Shown here in pieces: positions 45,580 to 54,295 of a stretch of 64,000 bases of DNA (its first letter is position 1; every line of letters begins with the position of its first letter). The position numbers were made by a program, and so were the translations under genes. The notes beneath the pieces were generated by a model. The model was not told the origin of the DNA, ran no database searches, and worked only from the letters and a program-made list of their open reading frames with translations. This DNA is from a virus (Duplodnaviria; Caudoviricetes), in the IMG/VR virus record IMGVR_UViG_3300033069_001465; one strand, 5' to 3'.

Positions 45580-46176
45580 TTAAAGTGGTAATTCTTCCTC
45601 TTCATCATCATCTTCTACCTCCTCAAATTCACCTTGTGGCTGACCTTGTGGCTGAACCTGTGGCTGACCTTGTGGCTGACCTTGTGGCTGACCTTGTGGC
45701 TGAACCTGTGGCTGACCTTGTGGCTGACCTTGTGGTTGAACCTGTGGCTGACCTTGTGGTTGACCTTGAACTTGAACAGGTGCTTGAGCATCAACTTGAA
45801 CTTGTGGCTGTCCTTGTAAAGGAGCCTGAGCTTGTGCTTGAACAGGTGCTTGTGCCTGAGCTTGAACAGGTGCTTGTGCCTGTCCTTGTGGCTGTCCACC
45901 AAATAAAGCAGATGGATCTATTTTATCGATGTTTAATCCTTGTTGAAGAACGTGTTTTGTAATTTCTTCAGCTAATTGAACATCTGAGTAGAATTGTCTA
46001 GCATTTTTATCTAATGAGTCTTTAACCTTTTTAATATAAGCGTTTAATAAAGATTGAGGAATATCAGCAGTAACATTGACTCTGTATATATCATCAACAA
46101 TCATTACACTTTCCTTAATGATTTCCTGTAGCTTTCTTTTGTTAGAATAAGATTCAAATTTTCTTATGTGTTTCAT
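45580..46176 (-). CDS. MKHIRKFE-tag protein: possible ribbon-helix-helix domain, Q/P/G linker and acidic tip
   Basis: YRVNVTADIPQSLLNAYIKK...; (GQPQ)n; ends DDDEEEELPL. Confidence 0.8.
   Translation of the reverse strand: MKHIRKFESYSNKRKLQEIIKESVMIVDDIYRVNVTADIPQSLLNAYIKKVKDSLDKNARQFYSDVQLAEEITKHVLQQGLNIDKIDPSALFGGQPQGQAQAPVQAQAQAPVQAQAQAPLQGQPQVQVDAQAPVQVQGQPQGQPQVQPQGQPQGQPQVQPQGQPQGQPQGQPQVQPQGQPQGEFEEVEDDDEEEELPL
45631..45895 (-). repeat. 12-bp-based tandem repeats encoding GQPQ/VQPQ and QAQAPV
   Basis: Directly visible. Confidence 0.9.
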
Positions 46177-46230
46177 TTTTAAGAAATAATTTTTTATATA
46201 ATCTATATATTATAATTAAAAAGCGTTTTT

Positions 46231-46734
46231 TTACTTTTTTAGAAGCAGCAATACAATTACTGATACTAACCCACCACCACCAACAGTGAATCCTAAAAAC
46301 TTTTGCCTTTTTAGTTTTTTGATTTGTTTACCATTGTTCGAAATGATAATATCTTTATCCTTAGACTGTTTATCTGCTAATATTTTATCACTTTCATATT
46401 TCGTTATTTGTGCTTTTAGATTGAGTATCTGATCTTCTCGATCTTGTATAACCCCGTTTAAGGTATTTATTTTTAGTTTTAACTCAGCTATCTGTATACC
46501 TAAATTATTGACAACTATAATATTCGCACTATCTAATTTTTCATATTGTGCTTTCGATTGCCTTAATAAATATAATAGATCATAGTCGTTATCAATTTTT
46601 TGAGCTTGTTCTAAAGTAAAGACAACATATGTTTTTCCATCTTTAATATAAGATTGTGGATATTCTTGTTTGACTTGTGCTTCTAATGTTACGAGAGCAA
46701 ATAATCCGAATAATAGAAATAGTATTTTTTTCAT
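46231..46734 (-). CDS. Signal peptide, coiled coil and C-terminal TM protein (spanin-like candidate)
   Basis: MKKILFLLFGLFALVTLEA|Q and a C-terminal hydrophobic segment. Confidence 0.55.
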   Translation of the reverse strand: MKKILFLLFGLFALVTLEAQVKQEYPQSYIKDGKTYVVFTLEQAQKIDNDYDLLYLLRQSKAQYEKLDSANIIVVNNLGIQIAELKLKINTLNGVIQDREDQILNLKAQITKYESDKILADKQSKDKDIIISNNGKQIKKLKRQKFLGFTVGGGGLVSVIVLLLLKK

Positions 46735-46735
46735 A

Positions 46736-47395
46736 TTAATTTATTTTATTTTTAAGTGAATTTATTAAATCATCACCAACTCTTTTTATTGGTTTTTCGG
46801 TAGCACTTTTGATTTGTGCATTTAAACCATTAACCCCATTCTTTATTTTAGATAATTCATCAAAGGAAGTAGATACTCTTTGTTCAATTAATACCATTCT
46901 TTGATTGATTTCATCAAGTAATTGTAATTTTACATTTGCAGAATCTTCTAGCTTAGTATACTCATATTTTAATGTTTTAATACTATCTGCTATTTTGTCT
47001 CTTTGTTTTTGTATTTGAATTATCTCATTTTTTAGCCTTTTATTTTCTTGCTTATATGTATCAGGTTTTGAGAACCAAAAATAAACTATAACTGATAATA
47101 CAACACATCCCAAAAGTAGATATATTGGCTTAATGCCTTTTAATAGTGATACCACTACTGATTTTCCTTTTGATAAAAGAGATCCCAAAAATGAAGCAAT
47201 TCCTGTTTTAGAAGATGGTGATACACCCTCAGTTATCATTTTTGTTGATGTAGGAGTAGGTTTATCTTCTGGAATAACCACCGTTGATGTGATTTCTTCT
47301 TTTGGTTTGACTATTTTAGTCCTGGGATTGGCAGGCTTTTTAGTTGTTTTTTTAACAGGATCCTTACCTGTATTTGATTTTTTACTTAATGCCAT
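46736..47395 (-). CDS. Single-TM coiled-coil protein (inner-spanin-like candidate)
   Basis: TM IYLLLGCVVLSVIVYFWF followed by a long coiled coil; coupled to 46231..46734. Confidence 0.55.
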   Translation of the reverse strand: MALSKKSNTGKDPVKKTTKKPANPRTKIVKPKEEITSTVVIPEDKPTPTSTKMITEGVSPSSKTGIASFLGSLLSKGKSVVVSLLKGIKPIYLLLGCVVLSVIVYFWFSKPDTYKQENKRLKNEIIQIQKQRDKIADSIKTLKYEYTKLEDSANVKLQLLDEINQRMVLIEQRVSTSFDELSKIKNGVNGLNAQIKSATEKPIKRVGDDLINSLKNKIN

Positions 47396-47492
47396 ATAAT
47401 ATAATAATTTTTATTTTTTGAAAAACTTTAACTATATTTGTAATATATATTCAGTAGTATCATCTACCTTTAAAATTTTAGAAAAAATAGAC

Positions 47493-47993
47493 ATGATTAA
47501 GAAAATAGTATCGTTTGACTTTGATGGAACATTAATCCATACCCCTACTCCTGAATCAGGTAAGCATGAATGGGAGAAAAAAACAGGGCTTTCATGGGCC
47601 GGAAGAGGCTGGTGGGGAAATGCAGAATCTCTTAATACAAATGTTTTTTACCCACCTGTTAATCAGTGGGTTTACAATCAGTTTGAAAAATATCAAGCCG
47701 ATGATAGTAATTATGTTTTTATTGCAACAGGTAGATTACATAGACTTGAAAGACAGGTAAGAAAGGTTTTAGACTTACATGATATTAAGTGTGACTTATA
47801 TTGTAACACTGGTGGAGATACCTTTTACTTTAAATGTCATTTATTCGAAACCTTAATCAAGGCCAACCCACATGCTGATGAACTTATCATGTTTGACGAT
47901 AGGCATGAACATTTACACAAATTTGTTGAATGGGCAAAGAAACAGCCTATTAAAGTGACTATTATTGATGTTATTAATAAAGTAACAATGTAA
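47493..47993 (+). CDS. HAD-superfamily phosphatase (Swiss-Army-Knife RNA-repair-like)
   Basis: FDFDGTL..TP, WW...ESL, ATGR, K and MFDDR..H. Start moved to ATG 47493. Confidence 0.8.
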   Translation: MIKKIVSFDFDGTLIHTPTPESGKHEWEKKTGLSWAGRGWWGNAESLNTNVFYPPVNQWVYNQFEKYQADDSNYVFIATGRLHRLERQVRKVLDLHDIKCDLYCNTGGDTFYFKCHLFETLIKANPHADELIMFDDRHEHLHKFVEWAKKQPIKVTIIDVINKVTM

Positions 47994-48220
47994 TGTATAG
48001 TATTGACAAAGATTATATGATCCCTATTGAGGAAATCAGTTGTCCTGGGTGTGGACAAAAATATGGACATCACAATACTAAAGTGGATATAAAGTCAGAA
48101 GAATGCTCTGCTTGTGCTAAAGAATTTAGGAATTCTAAAGAATTAGAATTAGTTGAAGCTTCTTATTTTATAGAACAGGTATTAGGATATCAAAAAATGA
48201 AAAAAAAATTTAATAAATAG
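47993..48220 (+). CDS. Small zinc-finger protein
   Basis: CPGC...CSAC. Confidence 0.7.
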   Translation: MYSIDKDYMIPIEEISCPGCGQKYGHHNTKVDIKSEECSACAKEFRNSKELELVEASYFIEQVLGYQKMKKKFNK

Positions 48221-48225
48221 TAATT

Positions 48226-48507
48226 ATGGCAACAATAACAAAAGAACAAGTTTCTACTGAGCTAGAAGAAAAGTTGGGTCAACCTTACTTACTTATTCTA
48301 CATAATGACGATTTCAACACATTTGATTGGGTAATTGAATGCCTAATGAAGATATGTGGTCATGAGTATGAACAAGCTTCACAATGTGCTCACCTTGTCC
48401 ATTTTGTCGGTAAATGTGATGTTAAGAGAGGTGATAAGGAAACAATTTCTGAAATGTATAAGAAATTAAAAGGTGCTAACCTTAGTGCCACAATGGAACT
48501 TGCGTAA
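48226..48507 (+). CDS. clpS: ATP-dependent Clp protease adaptor ClpS
   Basis: LILHNDDFNTFDWVIECL...A..VH..GKC.V. Confidence 0.92.
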   Translation: MATITKEQVSTELEEKLGQPYLLILHNDDFNTFDWVIECLMKICGHEYEQASQCAHLVHFVGKCDVKRGDKETISEMYKKLKGANLSATMELA

Positions 48508-50664
48508 TTATAGTTTATAATTTCCACCAAAAAATTCATTACCACTGTTATAAACTCGATTTTGATATTGAGACATCATCCTTCTTTGCCTATTGACGTT
48601 TATAATAGATGAATAATCAGCGGTTTCTTTATATTCAACATCTTTTAATATTGCATTAAAATAGCTAAGTGACTCAGCATCTAAAATAGATGGCGCATAA
48701 TCTTCAACCATTTGTTTATATTCATACTTATTGAATATACTAGAAGTATCAACTAATGTCATTACTGTATCATCATTTCCAATATCTGCGGCATATCTAA
48801 CATTACCAGCTGGTGTAATATGTTTAACAAAGGTTGTTATTTCTCTAACATTATCTTCATTGTTGATAACAAATCTTTTCTTATCCATAGCATCTTGATA
48901 ATCTTTGACCAACATATTTTTATTGTCACCAACTTTTAGTCCTATTTTTTCCTCTTCTGCGTCTGCTTTATGTTTATATCTAAAAAATATAGAAGATCCA
49001 TAGTTATTATTCCCCTCAAAGACATGTGGTAAATGTGCTAAAAATTCATTTCCGTAACTATTTATTTCTAATACAACTTTAAAATTATCGTAATGAAAGT
49101 ATTCAAACGCAATCATATAGAATAGTTCAGCTAGTTGTTTTACTGATACAAGATTTGACCTAAACATTCCTATTTGAACTAAGCAAAAGAAATCACTCAT
49201 TGTACTATAAGTATGCTTTTGCATCTCTATTATTTCTCGTGCCTTAGGAGCAATTTTAAAAATATTAATAACTGAATAGTCCTGACCCAGTCCTTCTGAT
49301 ATATCAACCGTCATTATACCTTTAATCTGCTTTCTTTGAATTGGCATAAACAAATTATCATCATCTACCCATTTTAAATCAGAATAAGAGAATCTTAATT
49401 TTCTATCAAATTCATATATCTCTTCAAATTTATAATTTTTCTTACCAGTTAATAAATGTTCAATAGTACTCTCAGTTAATAACGACCTACTTGAATTAAT
49501 AAATCTCAATCCATATTCTTGATTAAATGCATCCTCACCACCAATATCTTTGATAGCTTCTTCTTTCCATGTTGTTACTTCTGCTAGCATTTGAATTGGT
49601 ATTTGTAATCCTTTTGCATCTATAAACTGAAATGATTTTGCCATAGCATCTGTACAAACCTCATTATTAAAAACAGATATAATGTCTTTTTGTAAATCGG
49701 GATTGAATTTAACATCTATTTTAGTTAGGTCACCAAACTCACTTACAACTTGATTATAGATATCATCTTTTGTTATACCAAGTTCAGCCATTTTAAATTG
49801 ATTCAGTCTATAATACGTTACAAATCTACCAGGTACTTGATACCAATAAACACGCATCGCTCTATAGTTATTCTTCTGTGGATCCCCACCAGGTCTTTCT
49901 GCATCTGTTAATAGCTTATAGAATAGGTTCATACCATTCGGGGTTGATGTAATAATGATCTTAGAGTTTTCAATGGCAGACACCGTTGGAAAAGCTGCGG
50001 TATAGTATGCCTCAATAATATTTGGTGGAATGTGTGCAAATTCGTCCATATATAAGAAGTCAATTGTAAAACCAATCGCTGGTGTCTTTGTTCTAGCAGA
50101 GCTTTTAATTCTACATCCATTATCAAATATAACAGATCTTTGGTTCCAGTTTTTGATTCCTACTTTTAAAAAGAATGGTAGTTGAACATAAATAGATTTT
50201 ATCTTATCAATAATTTCTATTGCTGTATTAGCAATATTCGCAACAATCATGATATTTTTATCATTATTAAATGTAATAAAGTGTAGCATTGTGATTGCGG
50301 CCGATATGGTCTTACCTATCTGTCTTGAACCACAAAGAATACTAAATCTACCACCATAGTATAAATCTAATATATCTCTTTGGTAATCCCTTAGTGTAAT
50401 ATTACCAACACTACCGTCTTCAGTTTTAACTCGACAATATTTTTCGGCAAAATAATGTATATCAACCTTACATCTGATATACTCTTGAAACTCAGCATCT
50501 GTTATCGCAAATGTAATGCCGGCTCTTCTAACACCGACTTCATTTTTAAACCATGGGTTTTGAAACCTTTTGATTACAAATCCATCATTTATTTTATTAG
50601 TTATTTCTTCAACTACTTTACTATTGAAGATAAATTTTTTCTCTTGAACCTCTTTAACTGCCAT
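48508..50664 (-). CDS. gp17: Terminase large subunit (T4 gp17-like)
   Basis: LRDYQ, Walker A SRQIGKT, Walker B YMDEFAH, STPNG, F.QEY, VDISEGLGQDYS and DDTVM. Confidence 0.95.
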   Translation of the reverse strand: MAVKEVQEKKFIFNSKVVEEITNKINDGFVIKRFQNPWFKNEVGVRRAGITFAITDAEFQEYIRCKVDIHYFAEKYCRVKTEDGSVGNITLRDYQRDILDLYYGGRFSILCGSRQIGKTISAAITMLHFITFNNDKNIMIVANIANTAIEIIDKIKSIYVQLPFFLKVGIKNWNQRSVIFDNGCRIKSSARTKTPAIGFTIDFLYMDEFAHIPPNIIEAYYTAAFPTVSAIENSKIIITSTPNGMNLFYKLLTDAERPGGDPQKNNYRAMRVYWYQVPGRFVTYYRLNQFKMAELGITKDDIYNQVVSEFGDLTKIDVKFNPDLQKDIISVFNNEVCTDAMAKSFQFIDAKGLQIPIQMLAEVTTWKEEAIKDIGGEDAFNQEYGLRFINSSRSLLTESTIEHLLTGKKNYKFEEIYEFDRKLRFSYSDLKWVDDDNLFMPIQRKQIKGIMTVDISEGLGQDYSVINIFKIAPKAREIIEMQKHTYSTMSDFFCLVQIGMFRSNLVSVKQLAELFYMIAFEYFHYDNFKVVLEINSYGNEFLAHLPHVFEGNNNYGSSIFFRYKHKADAEEEKIGLKVGDNKNMLVKDYQDAMDKKRFVINNEDNVREITTFVKHITPAGNVRYAADIGNDDTVMTLVDTSSIFNKYEYKQMVEDYAPSILDAESLSYFNAILKDVEYKETADYSSIINVNRQRRMMSQYQNRVYNSGNEFFGGNYKL

Positions 50665-50713
50665 AAAGGAATATTCCTATTTTAAATATATATTGTAAAA
50701 TCAAATTTCCCAC

Positions 50714-51325
50714 ATGAGTGCTCAAGAGAAAAAGGAACAAAAGGCAACTGAATTGAAAGATGAATTTGAAAGAATTCAGGAGAATAACAAAGACCTAGAT
50801 ATATCTAAATACCTTGCAAAAAAAGATGATCTTCCTGATTTAGGTGAGATACAAATATATGATTATGATGCGGATTTAACCGAATCCACAGAAAAAGCAA
50901 TGGATCTACTAGAAAGTCTTGTTGACTTATATTTGGGTGATTCTAAGAAGATTCTTGAACATCCCTATATTAGGAATAAGTTAAAAGAAGATGCAATGGT
51001 TTATGCTGAAACTATATTCTTATCTAAGATGACTAGAAAGAACTTTTTAACACAATTAAGACAAGTTGATAACGGTGATAATTCAGCCAGAATGCATGAG
51101 GTTATTAATCAGACAGTAGGCCAAATTAGAGATAATTCAAAATTTTCATCAACTCAGAGAACCGAGTTAGAAAAGTTCTATAAGGAAATTCGTAAAGATT
51201 TAGGATTAAATGAAATTACAACAGAAGCTTCTGCTGAAGAAGCTGAAGAAGCAGAAAGCGCAAAGATTATGGATACTAGAAGTATGAATGATATGATTGA
51301 TAAATATTTAAAAAACAAGGGTTAA
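50714..51325 (+). CDS. gp16: Probable terminase small subunit (gp16-like)
   Basis: Helical protein with SARMHEVI (compare gp16 PR..EV), divergent from gp17. Confidence 0.5.
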   Translation: MSAQEKKEQKATELKDEFERIQENNKDLDISKYLAKKDDLPDLGEIQIYDYDADLTESTEKAMDLLESLVDLYLGDSKKILEHPYIRNKLKEDAMVYAETIFLSKMTRKNFLTQLRQVDNGDNSARMHEVINQTVGQIRDNSKFSSTQRTELEKFYKEIRKDLGLNEITTEASAEEAEEAESAKIMDTRSMNDMIDKYLKNKG

Positions 51326-52680
51326 TGAATATCACTTTTAAATAGAAGCAAAAAGGTCGAGGACCAAATTTTATTATTTTTTACTTCTGATGGAATATCA
51401 TTTATATCCTCATATTCACTTGTGTCCTCACTATTTTCTGAATATTCATAATCATCAATTATCATATTAGGAAGTCTTCTTTTAATTAGGTTTTCAAAGT
51501 ATGATTTGGAAATTTTACCTTTAAATCCCTTATTTTTCTCAGCATCAATTCTTACACTTAGAGCATCAATTTTTTTTCCTTTGTAGGCACTATATGATTG
51601 AAAATCATAATAAATATTACTTGACCCTAATTTATCAGATATTTCGGTTAGTATATCTTGAATATCCTCAAAAGCCTTCGTCCATTTTTCTAACTCTTCA
51701 TATTTAAATGATTTAAATATTTTCTTTACCTCCATATCTATTTCTGATTCGGATTTATCTCCATACAGATTGAATACACAGCAATTTTTTATAAATTCAT
51801 AAAAATTCGGAGGAATTTCTTCGTAACTATTATTTTCAAATATTTTAAATGATTCAAAAGTCTTAATTAAATTAGAATAATCTATGATAACCTTTTTAGT
51901 TATCTTTTTATTTAAATCATTATCAGTTATTTGATTAACAACTAAAGCTGGTTTGTACTCCGATATATCTTCTTTAATAACAGATTTTAACCCATCATCA
52001 GTTTTTTTCAGTATTGACTTTAAAACTTGATTAGCTTCATCAACAATTTTTATTGTATCATATTGATTATCATATAGATGAACTGTATCATATCTGGTTA
52101 TTTCTTCATCAGTGAACTTATTAATAAATGTTCTATATCCAACTAAATGCTGTAGTAAGAGTTTTATTTTATTATATCTAATATCGTCATCATTTTGATT
52201 ATAGAAAGTTTCAGAAATATAATAGAAGTTTTTAATTTTCAATCCTTCTTCTTTTAGTTTTTTCTCTAACTTATTTAAAACTGTCTCATAGTTCTTTTTA
52301 TTTTGTTTTGAGCAAATGATGTAGATATCATCAGTTTTGTTTTTAAGATGTGTTATATTATTTAAATTGATTTTAAAATCAATATTGTCAATAATATCCT
52401 TGTTTAGGAATTCTTGCATTGATATTCCAATATTTCCAAGGTTGCCATTGCTTAGTTTTAGTTTAACCTTTAGTTTATTAAACATATCAATTGGAAGCCA
52501 AAAGGATTGACCATTATAATCAACTTTATTTCCCTGACTTTTATAAACCCCACTTTTTATTAAATTAAAATCTGATGTTGATATTTTAATAATAGGAATA
52601 TTAGGATTTGTTTTATCAACAATCCATACCATATTATTAATTTTTATCAAAGTATCTATATCAAAAAAATGAGATATCAT
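51322..52680 (-). CDS. Degenerate HAD-like protein with a C-terminal extra domain after an internal LIKTFESF motif
   Basis: HFFDIDTLI at the N-terminus; internal NLIKTFESFKIFEN and EDIQDILTEISD. Confidence 0.7.
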   Translation of the reverse strand: MISHFFDIDTLIKINNMVWIVDKTNPNIPIIKISTSDFNLIKSGVYKSQGNKVDYNGQSFWLPIDMFNKLKVKLKLSNGNLGNIGISMQEFLNKDIIDNIDFKINLNNITHLKNKTDDIYIICSKQNKKNYETVLNKLEKKLKEEGLKIKNFYYISETFYNQNDDDIRYNKIKLLLQHLVGYRTFINKFTDEEITRYDTVHLYDNQYDTIKIVDEANQVLKSILKKTDDGLKSVIKEDISEYKPALVVNQITDNDLNKKITKKVIIDYSNLIKTFESFKIFENNSYEEIPPNFYEFIKNCCVFNLYGDKSESEIDMEVKKIFKSFKYEELEKWTKAFEDIQDILTEISDKLGSSNIYYDFQSYSAYKGKKIDALSVRIDAEKNKGFKGKISKSYFENLIKRRLPNMIIDDYEYSENSEDTSEYEDINDIPSEVKNNKIWSSTFLLLFKSDIH

Positions 52681-52889
52681 CTTAAATATTTTTTAACATC
52701 TATTTTTGTGTGATGAGGCATGCCGTCAAACCTAGATCCTTCATATTTTTTATCAGTCCATGTAACCCCTCCAGATAAATCTTTATCAAAGCTTTTACAT
52801 TTTGGGCAAACTGTTGGTTTAGTTTCTTCTGTGAACTCAAAGGTGGCTTTACACCATGGGTTTTGACAAACTGCTTTTTTTACATCCAT
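52677..52889 (-). CDS. Small zinc-ribbon protein
   Basis: CQNPWC...CPKC. Confidence 0.75.
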   Translation of the reverse strand: MDVKKAVCQNPWCKATFEFTEETKPTVCPKCKSFDKDLSGGVTWTDKKYEGSRFDGMPHHTKIDVKKYLR

Positions 52890-52917
52890 AGATTATATAT
52901 TAAAAAATAAATGCGGC

Positions 52918-53361
52918 CTATTTTACATGACCTTTACTAATAGCAAAATCATATAGAGTTGGCAAATTTAAATATTTATTAAACCCATTTCTGATATCTC
53001 CTAAAGTTTTTGATCTTTTGATTATTTCTACTACCATGAATCCAAATTCTTCTTGAAAGTCTAAATAACATTCTACCCATGGCTTATTATAATGTTCTAG
53101 TAGAAACCATTCTTTATTTCCACCGCTTAACCAATATAAACATTTTTCAGGATCAATTGTTGTGTTATGTTCTACTTCTATGCTCCAAACATCCTTGATG
53201 TCTAATTTCATCATAATTGATACCGCCTCCGCTAAATCTGTAGTGACCTCATTTTTAATTTCAAAGAATAGTTCGTTAGTAGGTTCTTTTGTTATTTTAA
53301 CAACATTACTACCAAATACAAGAGTGTTATCTGTTACCTCTCTTCTTTTTTTCATATCCAT
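52918..53361 (-). CDS. Hypothetical protein
   Basis: 147-aa ORF. Confidence 0.8.
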   Translation of the reverse strand: MDMKKRREVTDNTLVFGSNVVKITKEPTNELFFEIKNEVTTDLAEAVSIMMKLDIKDVWSIEVEHNTTIDPEKCLYWLSGGNKEWFLLEHYNKPWVECYLDFQEEFGFMVVEIIKRSKTLGDIRNGFNKYLNLPTLYDFAISKGHVK

Positions 53362-53371
53362 GGGTTGTTTT

Positions 53372-53671
53372 TTATACTCTCACGGAAGGGTCGCCAATAC
53401 CACTTATGAACTTCCCCTTAAAAGTTCCATTTTCAAATATTCCATTTTCCCATCTTCCGTAAAAATTACCATTTTTCCAAATTCCGTAATGCCAATTACC
53501 TGAGTAAAAGTTACCAGAATTCCATATTATTGTTTTGTGAATAATTTCAATGCAAGCATCTTCAGTTTCAGAGTCGATCAACCAATAAAATCCTTCTTTT
53601 TGTAGGATTTTTACTATTTTATGTTCTTCAGTAACGGGTGTTCCGTTATAAACGACTTCTTTAAACTTCAT
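53372..53671 (-). CDS. Protein with (W/F)xxG pentapeptide-like repeats
   Basis: WNSGNFYSGNWHYGIWKNGNFYGRWENGIFENGTFKG. Confidence 0.8.
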   Translation of the reverse strand: MKFKEVVYNGTPVTEEHKIVKILQKEGFYWLIDSETEDACIEIIHKTIIWNSGNFYSGNWHYGIWKNGNFYGRWENGIFENGTFKGKFISGIGDPSVRV

Positions 53672-53744
53672 AATAAATGTAAACTTGAATTATATATTCT
53701 TGTTTTTTAACAGTAAAAAACAAGAAGTGGATTTTTTTAAAAAT

Positions 53745-54197
53745 TTATAAATTAATCTTAAATTGAGGATTCTTAGATTTACCAGAGTTAGTTTTAGTGG
53801 ACCAAAAAGAGATCAGAAAATCGATTGCGGATTCTGTGGTATAGAAATCTTTACTTGCTTTTCCATAGGGTTGTTCTTTTTGACCATCAAATTTTTTATT
53901 TAGCTCAAGGTTTTTTGTATTCTCTATTTCACTATCATAGAAATAAATTGATAATTTAAATATAGGTTTATATCCTTCCCCAGTAACTCTTACTTCAGCA
54001 ATAATTTTATTATCATGTATTATTTGGTAATAAGTTTCAGATACTTTCTTTGTTGAGATTCCCCATTTTTTTAATTTAACACTATTACCATCACCAAATC
54101 CCCCAATCACTTTAAGTTTATTGAATGCTTTACTAACTTTAGATGATAGTCCACCCAATAGGCCCTCGTTAAAAGATTTGTAATTTTTTATATTCAT
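53745..54197 (-). CDS. Hypothetical protein, MNIKNYKSFNE tag
   Basis: Late motif at 54218. Confidence 0.8.
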   Translation of the reverse strand: MNIKNYKSFNEGLLGGLSSKVSKAFNKLKVIGGFGDGNSVKLKKWGISTKKVSETYYQIIHDNKIIAEVRVTGEGYKPIFKLSIYFYDSEIENTKNLELNKKFDGQKEQPYGKASKDFYTTESAIDFLISFWSTKTNSGKSKNPQFKINL

Positions 54198-54295
54198 ATT
54201 GATTACTCAATTTTACATATATATTAAAATCCAGTTTATTTATTTTATGCTTAATAAATTTAATATATAATCAAAATAAATCTACAGTTTTTAAA

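Noticed and set aside
45585-45962. ORFs 45585..45962, 45615..45902 and 45634..45819
   Set aside because: Shadows of the GQPQ repeat in other frames or on the other strand.
49570-49824. Intein in the terminase
   Set aside because: No N-terminal Cys/Ser block and no terminal HN; kept only as a plain insertion.
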